A stretch of DNA of 64,000 nt from Thermococcus sp. JdFR-02. GTDB lineage: Archaea > Methanobacteriota_B > Thermococci > Thermococcales > Thermococcaceae. The notes under the pieces were generated by a model. It did no database searches. It was not told the origin of the DNA and saw only the letters and a list, made by a program, of their open reading frames with translations. The stretch spans positions 273,917-337,916 of the forward strand of contig MTLP01000042.1 of NCBI GenBank assembly GCA_002009975.1. The letters are read 5' to 3'. Below are positions 20,882 through 32,344 of the stretch, in pieces. The stretch's first letter is position 1. Each line of letters begins with the position of its first letter. Both the position numbers and the translations under genes were made by a program.

Positions 20882-21385
20882 TTAAAGAAGTCTGCCAACA
20901 CCCTCTAAAGACTTAGATGAAATCCTTTCTCTTGCTATCTTTTCAGCAGTTCTCATTCTAATTTCATCCTCAATTTCTTCTGGTTTTCCAAAGAATATTG
21001 CCTCAGCTGGACACATTTCACTACATGCTGGTTCCATTCCCACTCTTCTTCTATCTGCACACATGTCACACTTTGTAACCACCTTTACCCTTACATCAAA
21101 GCTTGGAGCACCAAAGGGACATACTGCTAAACACATCAAACAACCAATACATTTCTTGGGATCAATAATTACTGCACCGTCGGAGTCCTTGTAAATTGCA
21201 TTTGATGGACAAACTTCCATACATGGGGCCTTTTCACAGTGCCTACAGTTTATTGGGATTGGCAATCCGCTCATTGTGTAATAAATTCTGATGTTTGGCT
21301 TTCCATGGTGTATAAACTCACAAACACCTTGACATGTCTCACATCCAATACACAAGCTGTAATCAACGTGAAGGAGTCTTCTCAT
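20882..21385 (-). CDS. 4Fe-4S dicluster protein (DmsB/FdnH-like)
   Basis: Four Cys clusters: CIGCETC, CRHCEKAPC, CIGCLMC and CDMC..C..CP. Confidence 0.9.
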   Translation of the reverse strand: MRRLLHVDYSLCIGCETCQGVCEFIHHGKPNIRIYYTMSGLPIPINCRHCEKAPCMEVCPSNAIYKDSDGAVIIDPKKCIGCLMCLAVCPFGAPSFDVRVKVVTKCDMCADRRRVGMEPACSEMCPAEAIFFGKPEEIEDEIRMRTAEKIARERISSKSLEGVGRLL

Positions 21386-21390
21386 TTTAT

Positions 21391-22446
21391 TCACCTCCCA
21401 CTAAGCCACATGTGCATTGATTCCGCAGCCACTAACCCATCTAAAACTGCCCTACCAACTTTAGAGGGTCCAATTACAACGTCTCCAGCTGCAAAAACGC
21501 CTTCCCTGCTTGTCATGTGTCTTGAGTCAACGACTATTCTTCCTTTCTTATCAACTGCAATTCCGATATCTTCATTGAATGGTGGTGTAGCTTTTTGACC
21601 AACTGCGAACACAACCATGTCAACATCGATTTGGAAGTTTGAGCCTTCTATTGGAATAGGTCTTCTTCTTCCACTCTCATCTGGTTCACCAAGCTTACAC
21701 TTCTGCAACTCTATAGCTTTAACTTTACCATATTCTCCAATGATCCTAACTGGTGTTGCTAATTCAAGCCATCTAACACCTCTTTGTTTTAGCAAGTTGA
21801 TTTCATAAGCTCCAGCCGGAGCTTCATTTATAGTTCTCCTATAAACTAAGTAAACTCTCTCAGCTCCGAGCAATAGACTTTCCATAGCAGCATCTACAGC
21901 TGTGTGTCCAGCCCCAACAACCACAACACTCTTTCCATCAATTTTTGGAACCTCTTCCCAAGATACATGTCCGAGCTTAGCTGATTTTATTTTAAATAGG
22001 TAATCTAATGCTGGATAAACTCCATCCAATTCAACACCTTCGATTTTAGGAATAGTTGACTCCCATGTTCCAGTTGCTATTAGAACCGCATCATATTCCT
22101 TTACTAACTCCTCAAACTCAACAAAATTCTCAACAAACTCATCTCCTTCCTCTTCCTTTTTGCTGGATATAACCTTTGTCTTTGGGTAAAATGTTACTTC
22201 AAAAATGTTCTTAAGCTCTTCATAGCCCTTTCTAACCCTGTAAATCGGAATTCTAAACTCTGGAATGCCAAAGAGCATTAATCCGCCCGGTTCTGGTAGC
22301 TTATCATAGATGTGAACATCATAACCATGGCACACTAAATATCCTGCCGCTGACAATCCAGCAGGTCCTGCTCCAATAATTGCTATTTTTTTGCCGTTTT
22401 TTTCGGGTTTTTCCTTACACAGGAAAGCAAATCGCATGCCCTTCAT
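21391..22446 (-). CDS. GltD-like FAD/NAD(P)H oxidoreductase (NsoC-type)
   Basis: GAGPAG, GIPEFRI, GAGHTAVD and FAAGDV motifs; start trimmed to MKGMRF after GAGGTGA. Confidence 0.88.
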   Translation of the reverse strand: MKGMRFAFLCKEKPEKNGKKIAIIGAGPAGLSAAGYLVCHGYDVHIYDKLPEPGGLMLFGIPEFRIPIYRVRKGYEELKNIFEVTFYPKTKVISSKKEEEGDEFVENFVEFEELVKEYDAVLIATGTWESTIPKIEGVELDGVYPALDYLFKIKSAKLGHVSWEEVPKIDGKSVVVVGAGHTAVDAAMESLLLGAERVYLVYRRTINEAPAGAYEINLLKQRGVRWLELATPVRIIGEYGKVKAIELQKCKLGEPDESGRRRPIPIEGSNFQIDVDMVVFAVGQKATPPFNEDIGIAVDKKGRIVVDSRHMTSREGVFAAGDVVIGPSKVGRAVLDGLVAAESMHMWLSGR

Positions 22447-22456
22447 TTTAATCACC

Positions 22457-22834
22457 TCATAACATATACCCCTTATAGTGATTTGAGGCAAAAGATAACC
22501 TATCCCTTTTACATTCATCACAGAGGAAAGCCAATTCAGCATTTTCGCCAATTTTCATGAGCTTTTTAGCCAAATATTCAGCTTCTTTTGATGTATATTG
22601 AAGCTCTTTTCCACAAACTGCACATTGAGCAAATTCAAATTCTAAAATCTCTTTGCTTGGAAGCCCTTGCAAAGCCTTGGTTGGACAACTTTCATTACAT
22701 TCAAAGTTGCAATTGCCGCATTTTTCTGGATAGAATAGTATTCTCCGATTCCTATTGTCATCTACTCTGATCGCTTCAAAAGGACAAGTAGATGCACAGA
22801 TTCCACATCCAATACAGAGTTCTATTTTTAGCAC
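22457..22834 (-). CDS. 4Fe-4S binding protein with C-terminal Cys4 site
   Basis: CIGCGICASTCP, CGNC..CP and CAVC..CDEC. Confidence 0.88.
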   Translation of the reverse strand: MLKIELCIGCGICASTCPFEAIRVDDNRNRRILFYPEKCGNCNFECNESCPTKALQGLPSKEILEFEFAQCAVCGKELQYTSKEAEYLAKKLMKIGENAELAFLCDECKRDRLSFASNHYKGYML

Positions 22835-23170
22835 TTGTGATCACCACTGAAATTTAATATCCTCATGAATTTTTGTGAGTTGCAATGAACTTTTTTGTCG
22901 AACTGTGCGCATGTTCTCAGATGTTCCTTAAAAGAAGCTTTATAAAAGAGTTTTTTAAACAGCTTATTTGCAACCTTTGGTTGAGAAAGGGAATTTTGGA
23001 GCTTCGTTTTTTCTCCTTCCATCCTGAGTATTTTGCACTTTTTTACATCTTTTTCTGATAAACTTTTGAGGGTTGCCCTTTGTAAAGTGAAAAATATTTA
23101 GCACCACACATCGCTTCTAATTCATAAGAACCTCATAGATACAAAGAAGTAGATAATGAAAGAGAAAAAA

Positions 23171-25837
23171 TCATGCGAAGAACAAAATTACAACATCCTT
23201 TACAACAGCAGTCTCAACTTCCTCTCCTTCGCTGAATACGGCTTTTCTTATGACGATATCCTCTTTGCTAAGCTCGACTTTTTGTCCCTCTATTTCAAAC
23301 TCAACTTTGCCTTTTTCTTTAAGCTTTCTTGAGACTTCTTTAGCATTCTCTTTTAGATAAGCGGTTATCTTTGGAACTAGCTTACCATATTTAGGTCCAA
23401 CACTCTTAAAGTTTGGCTTAATCTCAGTGATTCTCTCCTCCAATGCTGGTTCTCCTTTGATTATCTCAAGCTTTTCGATATTCATAGTTCCAGCAATGTC
23501 TTTTTCAATTTGCTTGAGCGTATCATAGCTATCTAAAGCATAAACTGCAACATGTTTAAGCTTTGCATTTAATGACAAGCCATGCGAATTCTTATAACGC
23601 CTCATTGCTCCTATTATCTCGCTTGCTAATTCTCCAATTTTTTCTGCTTCTTCATCAACCCTCTCTTCCTTGTATTCGGGCCAGCTTAAGAGATGAATGC
23701 TTTTGGCTTTTACTTTTTCCTTAAAGAGTCCTTGATACAGTTCTTCTGTGATGTGAGGAGCAATTGGAGCTAAAAGCAACAGTACATTGTAGAGCAACTC
23801 ATAAAGGGCTACTTTAGCTTTAAGTTTGCTTTCCTCGTCATTTCCATATAAGCGGTGCTTAATCATCTCAAGGTATTCATCAGCGACTTCATGCCATACG
23901 AACGTCATTAGCTCTCTTGTGAAGAGGTTGAAGCGATAGTTCTCCAATTCACTGGTTGCAAATTTGATCAAACGGTGAAGCCTTGAGAGAATCCACTTAT
24001 CGAGAGGTTCAAGCTCAATGTTCTTGTGTTGCTCATAATCAAAACCTTTTATGTGCCTTTCAGCGAATCTAAAGATATTCCACAGCTTTTGTAAGAACCT
24101 ATAGTTGTAATCAACTGTTTCCCACTTAAATGGATGGTCTTCTCCGGGTGGTGCTAAAGCTGTCCAAATCCTCAAAGCATCGGCACCATATTTTGGAATA
24201 ACTTCCTCTGGAGAGACTACATTTCCATAACTTTTACTCATCTTTCTTCCATCTGGTCCAGCAACCATTCCATTTATTAAGATATCATGCCATGGCTTTT
24301 CTCCCGTTAAGATGTAAGTCCTAAAGATTGTATAGAATGCCCATGTTCTAATGATGTCAGTTCCTTGTGGTCTCAAGTTGTTGGGGAAGTTTATGCTAAA
24401 CCACTTCTCATCTTTGCCCCATTTTGAAATTGCCAAAGGAGTTATTGATGAGTCAATCCAACAGTCTAAGACGTCTTTAACTCCCTCAATGTTAGTCGAA
24501 CCACATTTTGGACATTTATCTACAGGCGGCTTATCAAATCTTGGATCTACAGGCAAATCTTCCTCTCTTGCTGGGATTATCTCACCACAATCTTTACATA
24601 CCCAGAATGGGAGTGGTGTTCCAAACACTCTTTGTCTACTTATAACCCAGTCCCAATCCATACTATCTGCCCAATCCTTGAGTCTTAGGAACATATCTTC
24701 AGGATACCACTTGATTTGCTTGGAAACTTCAACTACCTCTTGGGTGTAATCCTTAACTCTAATAAACCACTGCTTCTTAGGTAAAAGTTCAATTGGAGCC
24801 ATACATGAGCTTCTCTCTGTATGCCTTAGTACTCTGTGATGAACTTTCTTCTTTTCATAAAGTAGCCCCATTTCTTCTAAGTCCTTTGCAATAGCCTCTT
24901 TAGCTTCTTGTGCTGTCATTCCCTTGTATTTTCCTGCTACCTCTGTCATTCTTCCCCTTTCATCAATTGCAATAATTACTGGCAAATTATAGCGCTTTTG
25001 CCATATGATATCCTGCTCATCACCATAGGTACAATTATAAACCGCGCCAGTTCCAAAGGATGGATCAACATCTTCATCTGCTAAAATTGGGACTTCCCTC
25101 TCAAATATTGGAAGCTTAACTTTTTTACCAACTAAATGCTTATATCTTTCATCTTCGGGATGAACAAACACCGCTACACAAGCTGGCATAAGCTCTGGTC
25201 TTGTCGTGGCAATTGGAACAAACCCCTCTTCATCTGCTAATGGGAGCTTTATGTAGTATAGATAGCCATCTTCTTCAACGTAGCCTACCTCAGCTTTTGC
25301 CAAAGAAGTCCTACATTTTGGACACCAGAATACTGGATGCTTGTCTTGATAAAGCATATCTTTCTTGTAAAACTCCAAGAGCGTTTTTTGAACCAACGCT
25401 TTATACTCATCATCCATTGTATGATACTCTAAATCCCAATCAGCTGAATAACCAATTCTAATAAATTGATTTCTCATTTTTTCAATTGCTTCCCATGTCC
25501 ACTCTATACACTTTTGCAAGAATAATTCAGGCTGATCTTTGCTTATTCCAAATTCCTTCTCTACTTTAAGCTCCGTTGGTAATCCATGATTGTCAAAACC
25601 CTGGGGAAACATTACATTAAATCCCCTCATTCTCCTGTATCTTGCAACGATATCAATCCATGTGTGGCTTAAAACGTGCCCTAAATGCAGAGTTCCGGAT
25701 GTAAATGGTGGCGGTGTGTCAATAGAATAGTTTGGTCTTCTTTCATCTGGTTCATACTTGTAAATCTTCTCATCGAGCCAGAATTTTTGCCACTTTGGTT
25801 CAATTTCATTTGGATCATAATTCTTAGGTAGTGCCAT
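23171..25837 (-). CDS. valS: Valine-tRNA ligase
   Basis: DTPPP, HLGH, TTRPE, ISRQR and KMSKS motifs. Confidence 0.97.
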   Translation of the reverse strand: MALPKNYDPNEIEPKWQKFWLDEKIYKYEPDERRPNYSIDTPPPFTSGTLHLGHVLSHTWIDIVARYRRMRGFNVMFPQGFDNHGLPTELKVEKEFGISKDQPELFLQKCIEWTWEAIEKMRNQFIRIGYSADWDLEYHTMDDEYKALVQKTLLEFYKKDMLYQDKHPVFWCPKCRTSLAKAEVGYVEEDGYLYYIKLPLADEEGFVPIATTRPELMPACVAVFVHPEDERYKHLVGKKVKLPIFEREVPILADEDVDPSFGTGAVYNCTYGDEQDIIWQKRYNLPVIIAIDERGRMTEVAGKYKGMTAQEAKEAIAKDLEEMGLLYEKKKVHHRVLRHTERSSCMAPIELLPKKQWFIRVKDYTQEVVEVSKQIKWYPEDMFLRLKDWADSMDWDWVISRQRVFGTPLPFWVCKDCGEIIPAREEDLPVDPRFDKPPVDKCPKCGSTNIEGVKDVLDCWIDSSITPLAISKWGKDEKWFSINFPNNLRPQGTDIIRTWAFYTIFRTYILTGEKPWHDILINGMVAGPDGRKMSKSYGNVVSPEEVIPKYGADALRIWTALAPPGEDHPFKWETVDYNYRFLQKLWNIFRFAERHIKGFDYEQHKNIELEPLDKWILSRLHRLIKFATSELENYRFNLFTRELMTFVWHEVADEYLEMIKHRLYGNDEESKLKAKVALYELLYNVLLLLAPIAPHITEELYQGLFKEKVKAKSIHLLSWPEYKEERVDEEAEKIGELASEIIGAMRRYKNSHGLSLNAKLKHVAVYALDSYDTLKQIEKDIAGTMNIEKLEIIKGEPALEERITEIKPNFKSVGPKYGKLVPKITAYLKENAKEVSRKLKEKGKVEFEIEGQKVELSKEDIVIRKAVFSEGEEVETAVVKDVVILFFA

Positions 25838-25915
25838 GTTCTTACCTCCTATCCCGCTTGGCTTAATTTGAGAGCTTAAGCTAAAAGGTTTTTCGGTTTT
25901 ATCATCAAGATAAAT

Positions 25916-26302
25916 TTAATAATTTAAAAACTCAAAAAGGCTTTTTAATCTTATCTTTTCTCTAAGAGCAGTATAAACATTGCTATCATCGAAATTTAAG
26001 CTGTATTCAGCATTAATTTCATCTAAAATAGCCCTCATTATTTGAAATGCATACTTAGCTTTGCTACCTTCCATTTCAACGATTATGAATGGCTTTTCTC
26101 TTTTTCCAATGATTAAGTCAAAATTAAACCTATCTCCTAAATAAACGTCTATAAAACTCAGCTTTTCTTGAGTTCTCATTTGCCTTACTAAGACATTAGG
26201 AAACCTTTCCTTTAGTTTTTCAATTACTGTTAGGGCTTTCTCATATTGCTCACCCTTCAACTCTGCCTTTAATCTTACACGCTCTATGATCATCGCCAAC
26301 AC
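25916..26302 (-). CDS. Hypothetical protein
   Basis: 128-aa ORF with typical composition, divergent from rgy. Confidence 0.6.
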   Translation of the reverse strand: MLAMIIERVRLKAELKGEQYEKALTVIEKLKERFPNVLVRQMRTQEKLSFIDVYLGDRFNFDLIIGKREKPFIIVEMEGSKAKYAFQIMRAILDEINAEYSLNFDDSNVYTALREKIRLKSLFEFLNY

Positions 26303-26369
26303 CTCTTGAGTTTAACAACTCTCAAAAAAGCCTTATAAACTTTATAGAGTTTAAATAAAACAATAGTAG

Positions 26370-29300
26370 GTGAGCAAAATGAAGGCAGTATATAGAGAAA
26401 TGTGTCCTAACTGCGAAGAGAGAATCACTGATGAGCGCTTATATATGAAACATCCATGTGAGAATTGTCTCGATGTCAAAATTCGAGCTGAGACTTATTT
26501 TGATTTGCTTAAAGCTGTCAGAGAGGCTTTAAAAGTTAAAAGAACTCTAAAACATTGGGAGGAGTTGTATTCTGTTGAAAGAAAGCTTAAAGAAGTTGAA
26601 GAGCTCTTTGAAAAAGCAACTGGATTTAATTTTTGGAGTGCACAGAAGACTTGGGTACGGAGACTAATAAAAAACAAAAGCTTCTCAATAATTGCCCCGA
26701 CTGGAATGGGCAAAAGTGTTTTTGGCAGCTTTATGTCACTTTATTATGCCAAAAGAAAAAAGAGGAGCTATATTGTTCTACCCACAACGCCACTAGTCAA
26801 ACAGACAATAAAGAGAATACAAACTTTTGCTGAAAAAGCGGGAATTGAAGTGAATTTAGCATACTATCATGGAGAGCTAAAGAAAAAAGAGAAGAAAGAG
26901 ATGATGGAGAAGATACAGAGTGGAGATTTTGACATATTGATAACCTCCGCACAATTCCTCGCAAGGAATTTTGACATAATAAAGGATAAGAGATTTGATT
27001 TCATCTTTGTTGATGATGTCGATGCTTTTTTAAAAGCCTCCAAAAACATTGACCGCTCCCTCATATTGTTGGGATTCACTGAAGAAGTTATCCAAAAAGC
27101 TTGGGAAATTATACGCCTTAAAAAGCAGCTTGCAAGATTGCTAAACTCGAAAAAACGAGAAGAGCTTAATGAACTAAACAAACAAATTGAAGCCCTTAAC
27201 AAGGAAATCCAAAAATATAAACGGGAAAATAAAATTGGAGCATTAATTGTAGCCTCTGCAACTGGAAGGGCAAGAGGAGATAGAATTAAGCTATATAGAG
27301 AGCTTTTAGGTTTTGAAGTCGGAAGCGGAAGAAGTGCATTAAGGAATGTTGTCGATACTTATCTATTCCCACAAAAGAGCCCTGAAGAGCATGTTGAAGA
27401 ACTTTTAACAAAGCTTGGAAAAGGCGGATTAATCTTTGTTTCAATTGATCAAGGGATTGAATATGCTGAAAAGCTAACTCAATACCTACAAGAAAGAGGA
27501 TTTAAAGTTGAATTGGTTTCTGCGAGAAGTAAAAAAGGTCTTGAGAAGTTCGAAAATGGTGAGATTGACTATTTAGTAGGTGTGGCAACATATTATGGGT
27601 CAATAGTCAGAGGTTTAGATTTGCCGCATTTAATTAGATTCGCTATATTTACAGGTGTTCCAAAGTTCAGGTTTAGTCTCGATTTAGAACAACCCACAAT
27701 TTATAGAGTCCTCGGGCTAATGAGCGAGATTATGGAATTTTTAAGTGATGAGGATAGAAGAGAAGCCGAAAAACTGCATGCAAGATTAAGGCGTTTGATA
27801 CAAAACATTCCTCAATTTGAGTTATTGAAGATTGAAGAAGCTTTGGCTGAGGGATTACCCTTAGAAGGCTTCCACAACCATGTTTTAGAAGTGTTTAAGA
27901 GTGCAGTAGAGTTCCTTAGGACAGTTCTAAGGAAAGAAGAAGTTTTAAGAAAAATTGAGGAGGATCCATTCGTTAGTCTGAAGAAAGAGGGAGAGAAGTG
28001 GTACATTGAAATTCCAGACGTTAGAACATATATCCAAGCAAGTGGAAGAACTTCACGTTTATTTGCAGGTGGTATTACAAAAGGTTTAGCGGTTACGATT
28101 ATTGACAACGTTAAAGTGTTTAACGGATTAAAGAGACAAATGAGATGGCGTTTCCAAGAATTTGAGATTAAGCCTTTAGAAGAACTCAATTTAGAAGAGA
28201 TTCTAAAAGAGATTGATGCAGATAGAGAGAAAGTAAGGCTCATTATAGAAGGAAAGATTAGCGAAAAAACAAGAGATTTAGTCAAATCTGCATTGATGAT
28301 TGTTGAATCACCAAACAAAGCTAGAACTATAGCGAGCTTCTTTGGACACCCAAGTAAAAGAAGAATTGGAGATTTAGTTGCATATGAAGTCAGCATTGGA
28401 GACAGAATGCTAACTATCTTAGCAAGCGGTGGACATATGTTTGACTTGGTGACAAACGAGGGCTATCACGGTGTAGAGCTTAGAGAAAATAATGGAAAGT
28501 TATTCTTCCTTCCAATTTATGACACCATAAAGCGCTGTAGAGAGTGCGGACATCAATTTGTTGATTGGGAAGAAAGAGGTATTTGTCCGAGATGCGGTTC
28601 AAGAAACGTTAGAGATGCCTTGGAAAATGTAATCGCAATGAGAGAAATTGCCCAAGAAGTTGATGAGATACTAATTGGAACTGATCCCGATGTAGAGGGA
28701 GAGAAAATTGCATGGGACATCAGGAACGTTCTATCTCCCTATACACAAAATGTAAAGAGAATAGAGTTCCACGAAGTTACGAGACCAGCTATCTTGAAGG
28801 CTTTAAAAGAAGCAAGGGATATCAATGAATATAGAGTGAATGCCCAATTAGTGAGAAGAATAGAGGATAGATGGATTGGTTTTGAACTCAGTCAAAAGCT
28901 CTGGGAAGTCTTTGAAAACAAGAACCTTTCTGCTGGAAGAGTTCAAACTCCAGTCTTGGGATGGGTAATTCAAAGGTATAAAGAATTCAATGAAAGCGAG
29001 ACTGAATTCTTGGCATTAATCCTAGAAAATGGCATAAATGTAGTGATGGAAGGTGTAAAAGGAGAAATTGAAGAAGTTACGGTTGAGGATGTTTTAATCG
29101 AAGAGAGAGAAATCAATCCATTACCGCCATATACAACAGATACCATGCTTCAAGATGCTTCCCGCTATTTAGGATTTTCAGCATCACACACAATGCAGCT
29201 TGCACAAGATTTGTTTGAACTCTCTTTAACTACCTACCACAGAACAGATAGCGCTCATGTGAGTAATACGGGAATTGAAGTTGCTAAAGAATATATTACA

Positions 29301-30017
29301 GAGGAAATAGGCGAGGAATACTTTGCCCCAAGAAAATGGGGTGAAGAAGGTGCTCACGAATGTATAAGACCAACAAGACCAATTGATACTGGAAGGTTAA
29401 TACAGTTAATAAGGGACGGAGTTATAACCCTAGCAAAGCCTTTAACGAGAGACCACTTCAGGCTTTACGATTTAATATTCAAACGCTTCATGGCAAGTCA
29501 AATGAAAGCTGCGAAAGTAGTTTATGAGAAAGCAATAATTGATGCAAAAATTGGAAAAGCCGAAATTGAAGGATACATTGATGTTTTCTTTGAAGGATGG
29601 TCAAAATTAAAACCGCTCCCACTAAGGCAGCTACCTAAGCTTGAGAAGGGACAAACAATTAAAGTAACCGAGACCAGGAAATGGAAAGCACCAAAAGTAA
29701 GCTTATACACTCAAGGAGATCTAATTGCATTGATGAAAGAGAGAAAAATTGGAAGACCATCAACCTATGCTAAGATCGTCAAGACCCTATTGGATAGGCA
29801 TTATGTTATAGAGACCAGCAAAAGAAAACGCTTAGTGCCAACTGAATTAGGAACCAAGGTTTATCATTACTTGCTTAGCAAATATAAGGAACTAGTTAGT
29901 GAAGAAAGGACAAGGCAGCTGGAAGAGCTTATGGACTTAGTTGAGGAAAGCAAGATTGATTACCAAGATGTGCTGAATGATATGTATGCAGAAATAAAAC
30001 GTTACGTTTTGGGATAA
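26370..30017 (+). CDS. rgy: Reverse gyrase
   Basis: N-terminal Zn finger, [34 protein letters not shown] and TYHRTDS; no intein. Confidence 0.98.
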   Translation: MSKMKAVYREMCPNCEERITDERLYMKHPCENCLDVKIRAETYFDLLKAVREALKVKRTLKHWEELYSVERKLKEVEELFEKATGFNFWSAQKTWVRRLIKNKSFSIIAPTGMGKSVFGSFMSLYYAKRKKRSYIVLPTTPLVKQTIKRIQTFAEKAGIEVNLAYYHGELKKKEKKEMMEKIQSGDFDILITSAQFLARNFDIIKDKRFDFIFVDDVDAFLKASKNIDRSLILLGFTEEVIQKAWEIIRLKKQLARLLNSKKREELNELNKQIEALNKEIQKYKRENKIGALIVASATGRARGDRIKLYRELLGFEVGSGRSALRNVVDTYLFPQKSPEEHVEELLTKLGKGGLIFVSIDQGIEYAEKLTQYLQERGFKVELVSARSKKGLEKFENGEIDYLVGVATYYGSIVRGLDLPHLIRFAIFTGVPKFRFSLDLEQPTIYRVLGLMSEIMEFLSDEDRREAEKLHARLRRLIQNIPQFELLKIEEALAEGLPLEGFHNHVLEVFKSAVEFLRTVLRKEEVLRKIEEDPFVSLKKEGEKWYIEIPDVRTYIQASGRTSRLFAGGITKGLAVTIIDNVKVFNGLKRQMRWRFQEFEIKPLEELNLEEILKEIDADREKVRLIIEGKISEKTRDLVKSALMIVESPNKARTIASFFGHPSKRRIGDLVAYEVSIGDRMLTILASGGHMFDLVTNEGYHGVELRENNGKLFFLPIYDTIKRCRECGHQFVDWEERGICPRCGSRNVRDALENVIAMREIAQEVDEILIGTDPDVEGEKIAWDIRNVLSPYTQNVKRIEFHEVTRPAILKALKEARDINEYRVNAQLVRRIEDRWIGFELSQKLWEVFENKNLSAGRVQTPVLGWVIQRYKEFNESETEFLALILENGINVVMEGVKGEIEEVTVEDVLIEEREINPLPPYTTDTMLQDASRYLGFSASHTMQLAQDLFELSLTTYHRTDSAHVSNTGIEVAKEYITEEIGEEYFAPRKWGEEGAHECIRPTRPIDTGRLIQLIRDGVITLAKPLTRDHFRLYDLIFKRFMASQMKAAKVVYEKAIIDAKIGKAEIEGYIDVFFEGWSKLKPLPLRQLPKLEKGQTIKVTETRKWKAPKVSLYTQGDLIALMKERKIGRPSTYAKIVKTLLDRHYVIETSKRKRLVPTELGTKVYHYLLSKYKELVSEERTRQLEELMDLVEESKIDYQDVLNDMYAEIKRYVLG

Positions 30018-30264
30018 TTCCTTGAAAATTTCTCTTTTATTTTATTACTATCATCCTCGGTAATATGTTGTTTTTTTCAAACAATTTTGTTCTGAAAACC
30101 AAAAACTTTAAATGGAATAGTAGTAAAAACTTTGTACGTGGATGCAACATTTATAAAATCACGTGAAGTTATGCTAAAATAAGATACTAAAATAAGAAGC
30201 TAAACTAACATACCTTAGAAAAAAGTTATATAGGTTAAATCACAAATATTTAAACAAGAAAGCA

Positions 30265-31071
30265 ATGGTGGTAAAAATGGTAAAAGATAGAATGGTAGAA
30301 CTTTTACAAGACCATTTTGAATTGAATTTATACGAAGCAAGGGCATATGTTGCCTTGGTTGCATTTGGAGTTCTTACTCCAGCTGAGTTGGCAAGTGTTT
30401 CTGAAGTCCCTGCCCCAAGAACCTATGATGTTTTAAGAAGTTTAGAAAAGAAAGGATTTGCAATTAGCCAACCTGGCAAAGTAAACAAATACAGACCTGT
30501 TCATCCAAAGAACATCCTTGAGAAGTTTATTGAAGAGTGGCAAGAGAGAGTCAAGGAAGAACTTGAGCTTAAGAGAAAAGCCAAGAATGAGCTAATCGAA
30601 TTAATGACACCCCTTATCGAAACAGAGATTCCAAAGTACGGTGTTGAAAGAGTCTGGGTTGTTAGGGGAATTAGAAACTCCACCTTAAAGACAAGAGAAA
30701 TGCTTGAAGATGTCAAGAAGGAGATTCTCCTAGCAGATGATGGCTATATTGCAATAAACCTTGAAGAAGAAATTGCCCAAGCTGCCGAAAAGGGCGTTGG
30801 TGTTAAAATCGTTGTTACAAGACAAATCTTGCCAAGATTACAAGCCACAAAGATAATGGATCTCTACAAGAAAGGCAAAATTGAGCTTAAGATTGTTGAA
30901 AACATGGAACTACCAATGCTTATTTGCGATGAGGAAGTCTTCTTTGCCTTAGAAGACATGGCAGCAAGATACTTCAACTATGAGACACAAGTCTGGATCA
31001 AGGACTTTAGAGTTGTTAACCTCTTTAAAGGAAAGTTCAATGAATATTGGGAAAAGGCAGAGAAAGCTTGA
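30265..31071 (+). CDS. trmBL2: Chromatin protein/regulator TrmBL2
   Basis: MVKDRMVELLQDHFELNLYEARAYVALV..PAPRTYDVLRSL signature. Confidence 0.93.
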   Translation: MVVKMVKDRMVELLQDHFELNLYEARAYVALVAFGVLTPAELASVSEVPAPRTYDVLRSLEKKGFAISQPGKVNKYRPVHPKNILEKFIEEWQERVKEELELKRKAKNELIELMTPLIETEIPKYGVERVWVVRGIRNSTLKTREMLEDVKKEILLADDGYIAINLEEEIAQAAEKGVGVKIVVTRQILPRLQATKIMDLYKKGKIELKIVENMELPMLICDEEVFFALEDMAARYFNYETQVWIKDFRVVNLFKGKFNEYWEKAEKA

Positions 31072-31284
31072 TTACGCATATTTAAACTTCTCTTCTTCCT
31101 TACTTTTCTGTTTGATTCTCCAAAGAATTTTTCCTTCTCTCTCAAAGCTTTCAACTTTCCCCTGCTCTGTCAGTCTAAGCAAAAGCCTTCTTGTCTCAAT
31201 TACAGAGCTTTTAACATGCTCAGCTATCTCATTAACTGTCATCTCTTTTCCTTCAAGTACCTCCAGTATCTTCAAATGCTTCAT
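31072..31284 (-). CDS. Small winged-helix protein
   Basis: ILEVL..MTVNEIAE..TRRLLLRL..GKV wHTH pattern. Confidence 0.75.
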   Translation of the reverse strand: MKHLKILEVLEGKEMTVNEIAEHVKSSVIETRRLLLRLTEQGKVESFEREGKILWRIKQKSKEEEKFKYA

Positions 31285-31601
31285 TGTTTCACCTCCAACT
31301 TTTTATAACGCTCCAAAATTATAAGGATCTTCTCCATAACCTCAAGGTATTTTGAAAGCTCATCAACATTATTGGGCAAATTGCTTGCCAAGGTTTCAAA
31401 TTTCTCAATGAGAACCTCCTCCACACTTTTGGTTTCAACTTTTTCCTGCTTTTTCCTATGCTCACAAATAGGGCAAAATACCTTTCCATTCTTTTCAAAG
31501 AGAGGGGAGCCACATTTGGAACAATGTTTATCAAGCATTTTCGCTCCTGAAAGCAGGAGAGGGGTTATAATGCTCTTGATCTCCTCTTCACTTACCCCCA
31601 T
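31281..31601 (-). CDS. UPF0148 / autoantigen p27 Zn-ribbon protein
   Basis: LLSGAKMLDKHCSKCGSPLF..FCPIC. Confidence 0.88.
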   Translation of the reverse strand: MGVSEEEIKSIITPLLLSGAKMLDKHCSKCGSPLFEKNGKVFCPICEHRKKQEKVETKSVEEVLIEKFETLASNLPNNVDELSKYLEVMEKILIILERYKKLEVKQ

Positions 31602-31603
31602 TT

Positions 31604-32344
31604 TTATCCACCACTTAAAAGTTGAAAGACATCTATTAATGCCCTTTTGCCTAAACGGCTCCTCTTAATCTTATCAGAAATTTCCGAAATGTCAAACGCT
31701 ACTATCTTAAACTTTTTCTTAATCCCCTCCAAAATATCAAGAAGCTCTTCTAAGCTCAATTCTCCATGTTGAAAGCGGGCAATTTTATATTCTGGCTTTA
31801 GAACATCAAGATCAACTGTAAGATAAACCTCATTCCCAAGATACTTTTGAGCCTCTTCTAGGATTTCCTCAACGGAATGAGTTTTCAAACTTTTATAAGC
31901 CCTCCAAACACCTCTAACTTTCCTGCTTCTTGGTAGAGCTGGAAAAATCTTCACCCTCCTTGTCCAAAGCTGAGTCCCTTCAGTCGTTGGTATCATTACA
32001 ACTGAACCTATTATTGATGCCCTCTTGAGTAAATTATTCTCCAGAGCAAAAGCCAACCAAGAGCCGTGATCAAGATAATCATGCATTAAGTCGGTATGGG
32101 CATCTATACTTATAAGAAAGTTGGGCTTTAATTTCTGAATTATTCCGTAGGTTGCTAAATGCTCCCCAACTATATAGGCATTATCAGAGGGGAGTCTTTC
32201 AGATAGGAGTTCAATGTTATTTGATTCAACTATTATATAATCATCAATTAACATGTTTTTCTTTAACAATTCTAATACGTACAATACTCCATCTCTGTTA
32301 GGTTTTTCGCCAAATGGAATAAATGTAACCATCTCAACTCCCAA
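31604..32344 (-). CDS. Arginase/ureohydrolase-fold protein
   Basis: GEH, IDAHTD, HGS, DLDVL and DISE metal motifs. Confidence 0.75.
   Translation of the reverse strand: MGVEMVTFIPFGEKPNRDGVLYVLELLKKNMLIDDYIIVESNNIELLSERLPSDNAYIVGEHLATYGIIQKLKPNFLISIDAHTDLMHDYLDHGSWLAFALENNLLKRASIIGSVVMIPTTEGTQLWTRRVKIFPALPRSRKVRGVWRAYKSLKTHSVEEILEEAQKYLGNEVYLTVDLDVLKPEYKIARFQHGELSLEELLDILEGIKKKFKIVAFDISEISDKIKRSRLGKRALIDVFQLLSGG

Noticed and set aside
22828-23022. 64-aa ORF upstream of the Fe-S operon
   Set aside because: Overlaps the promoter and operator region; no family features
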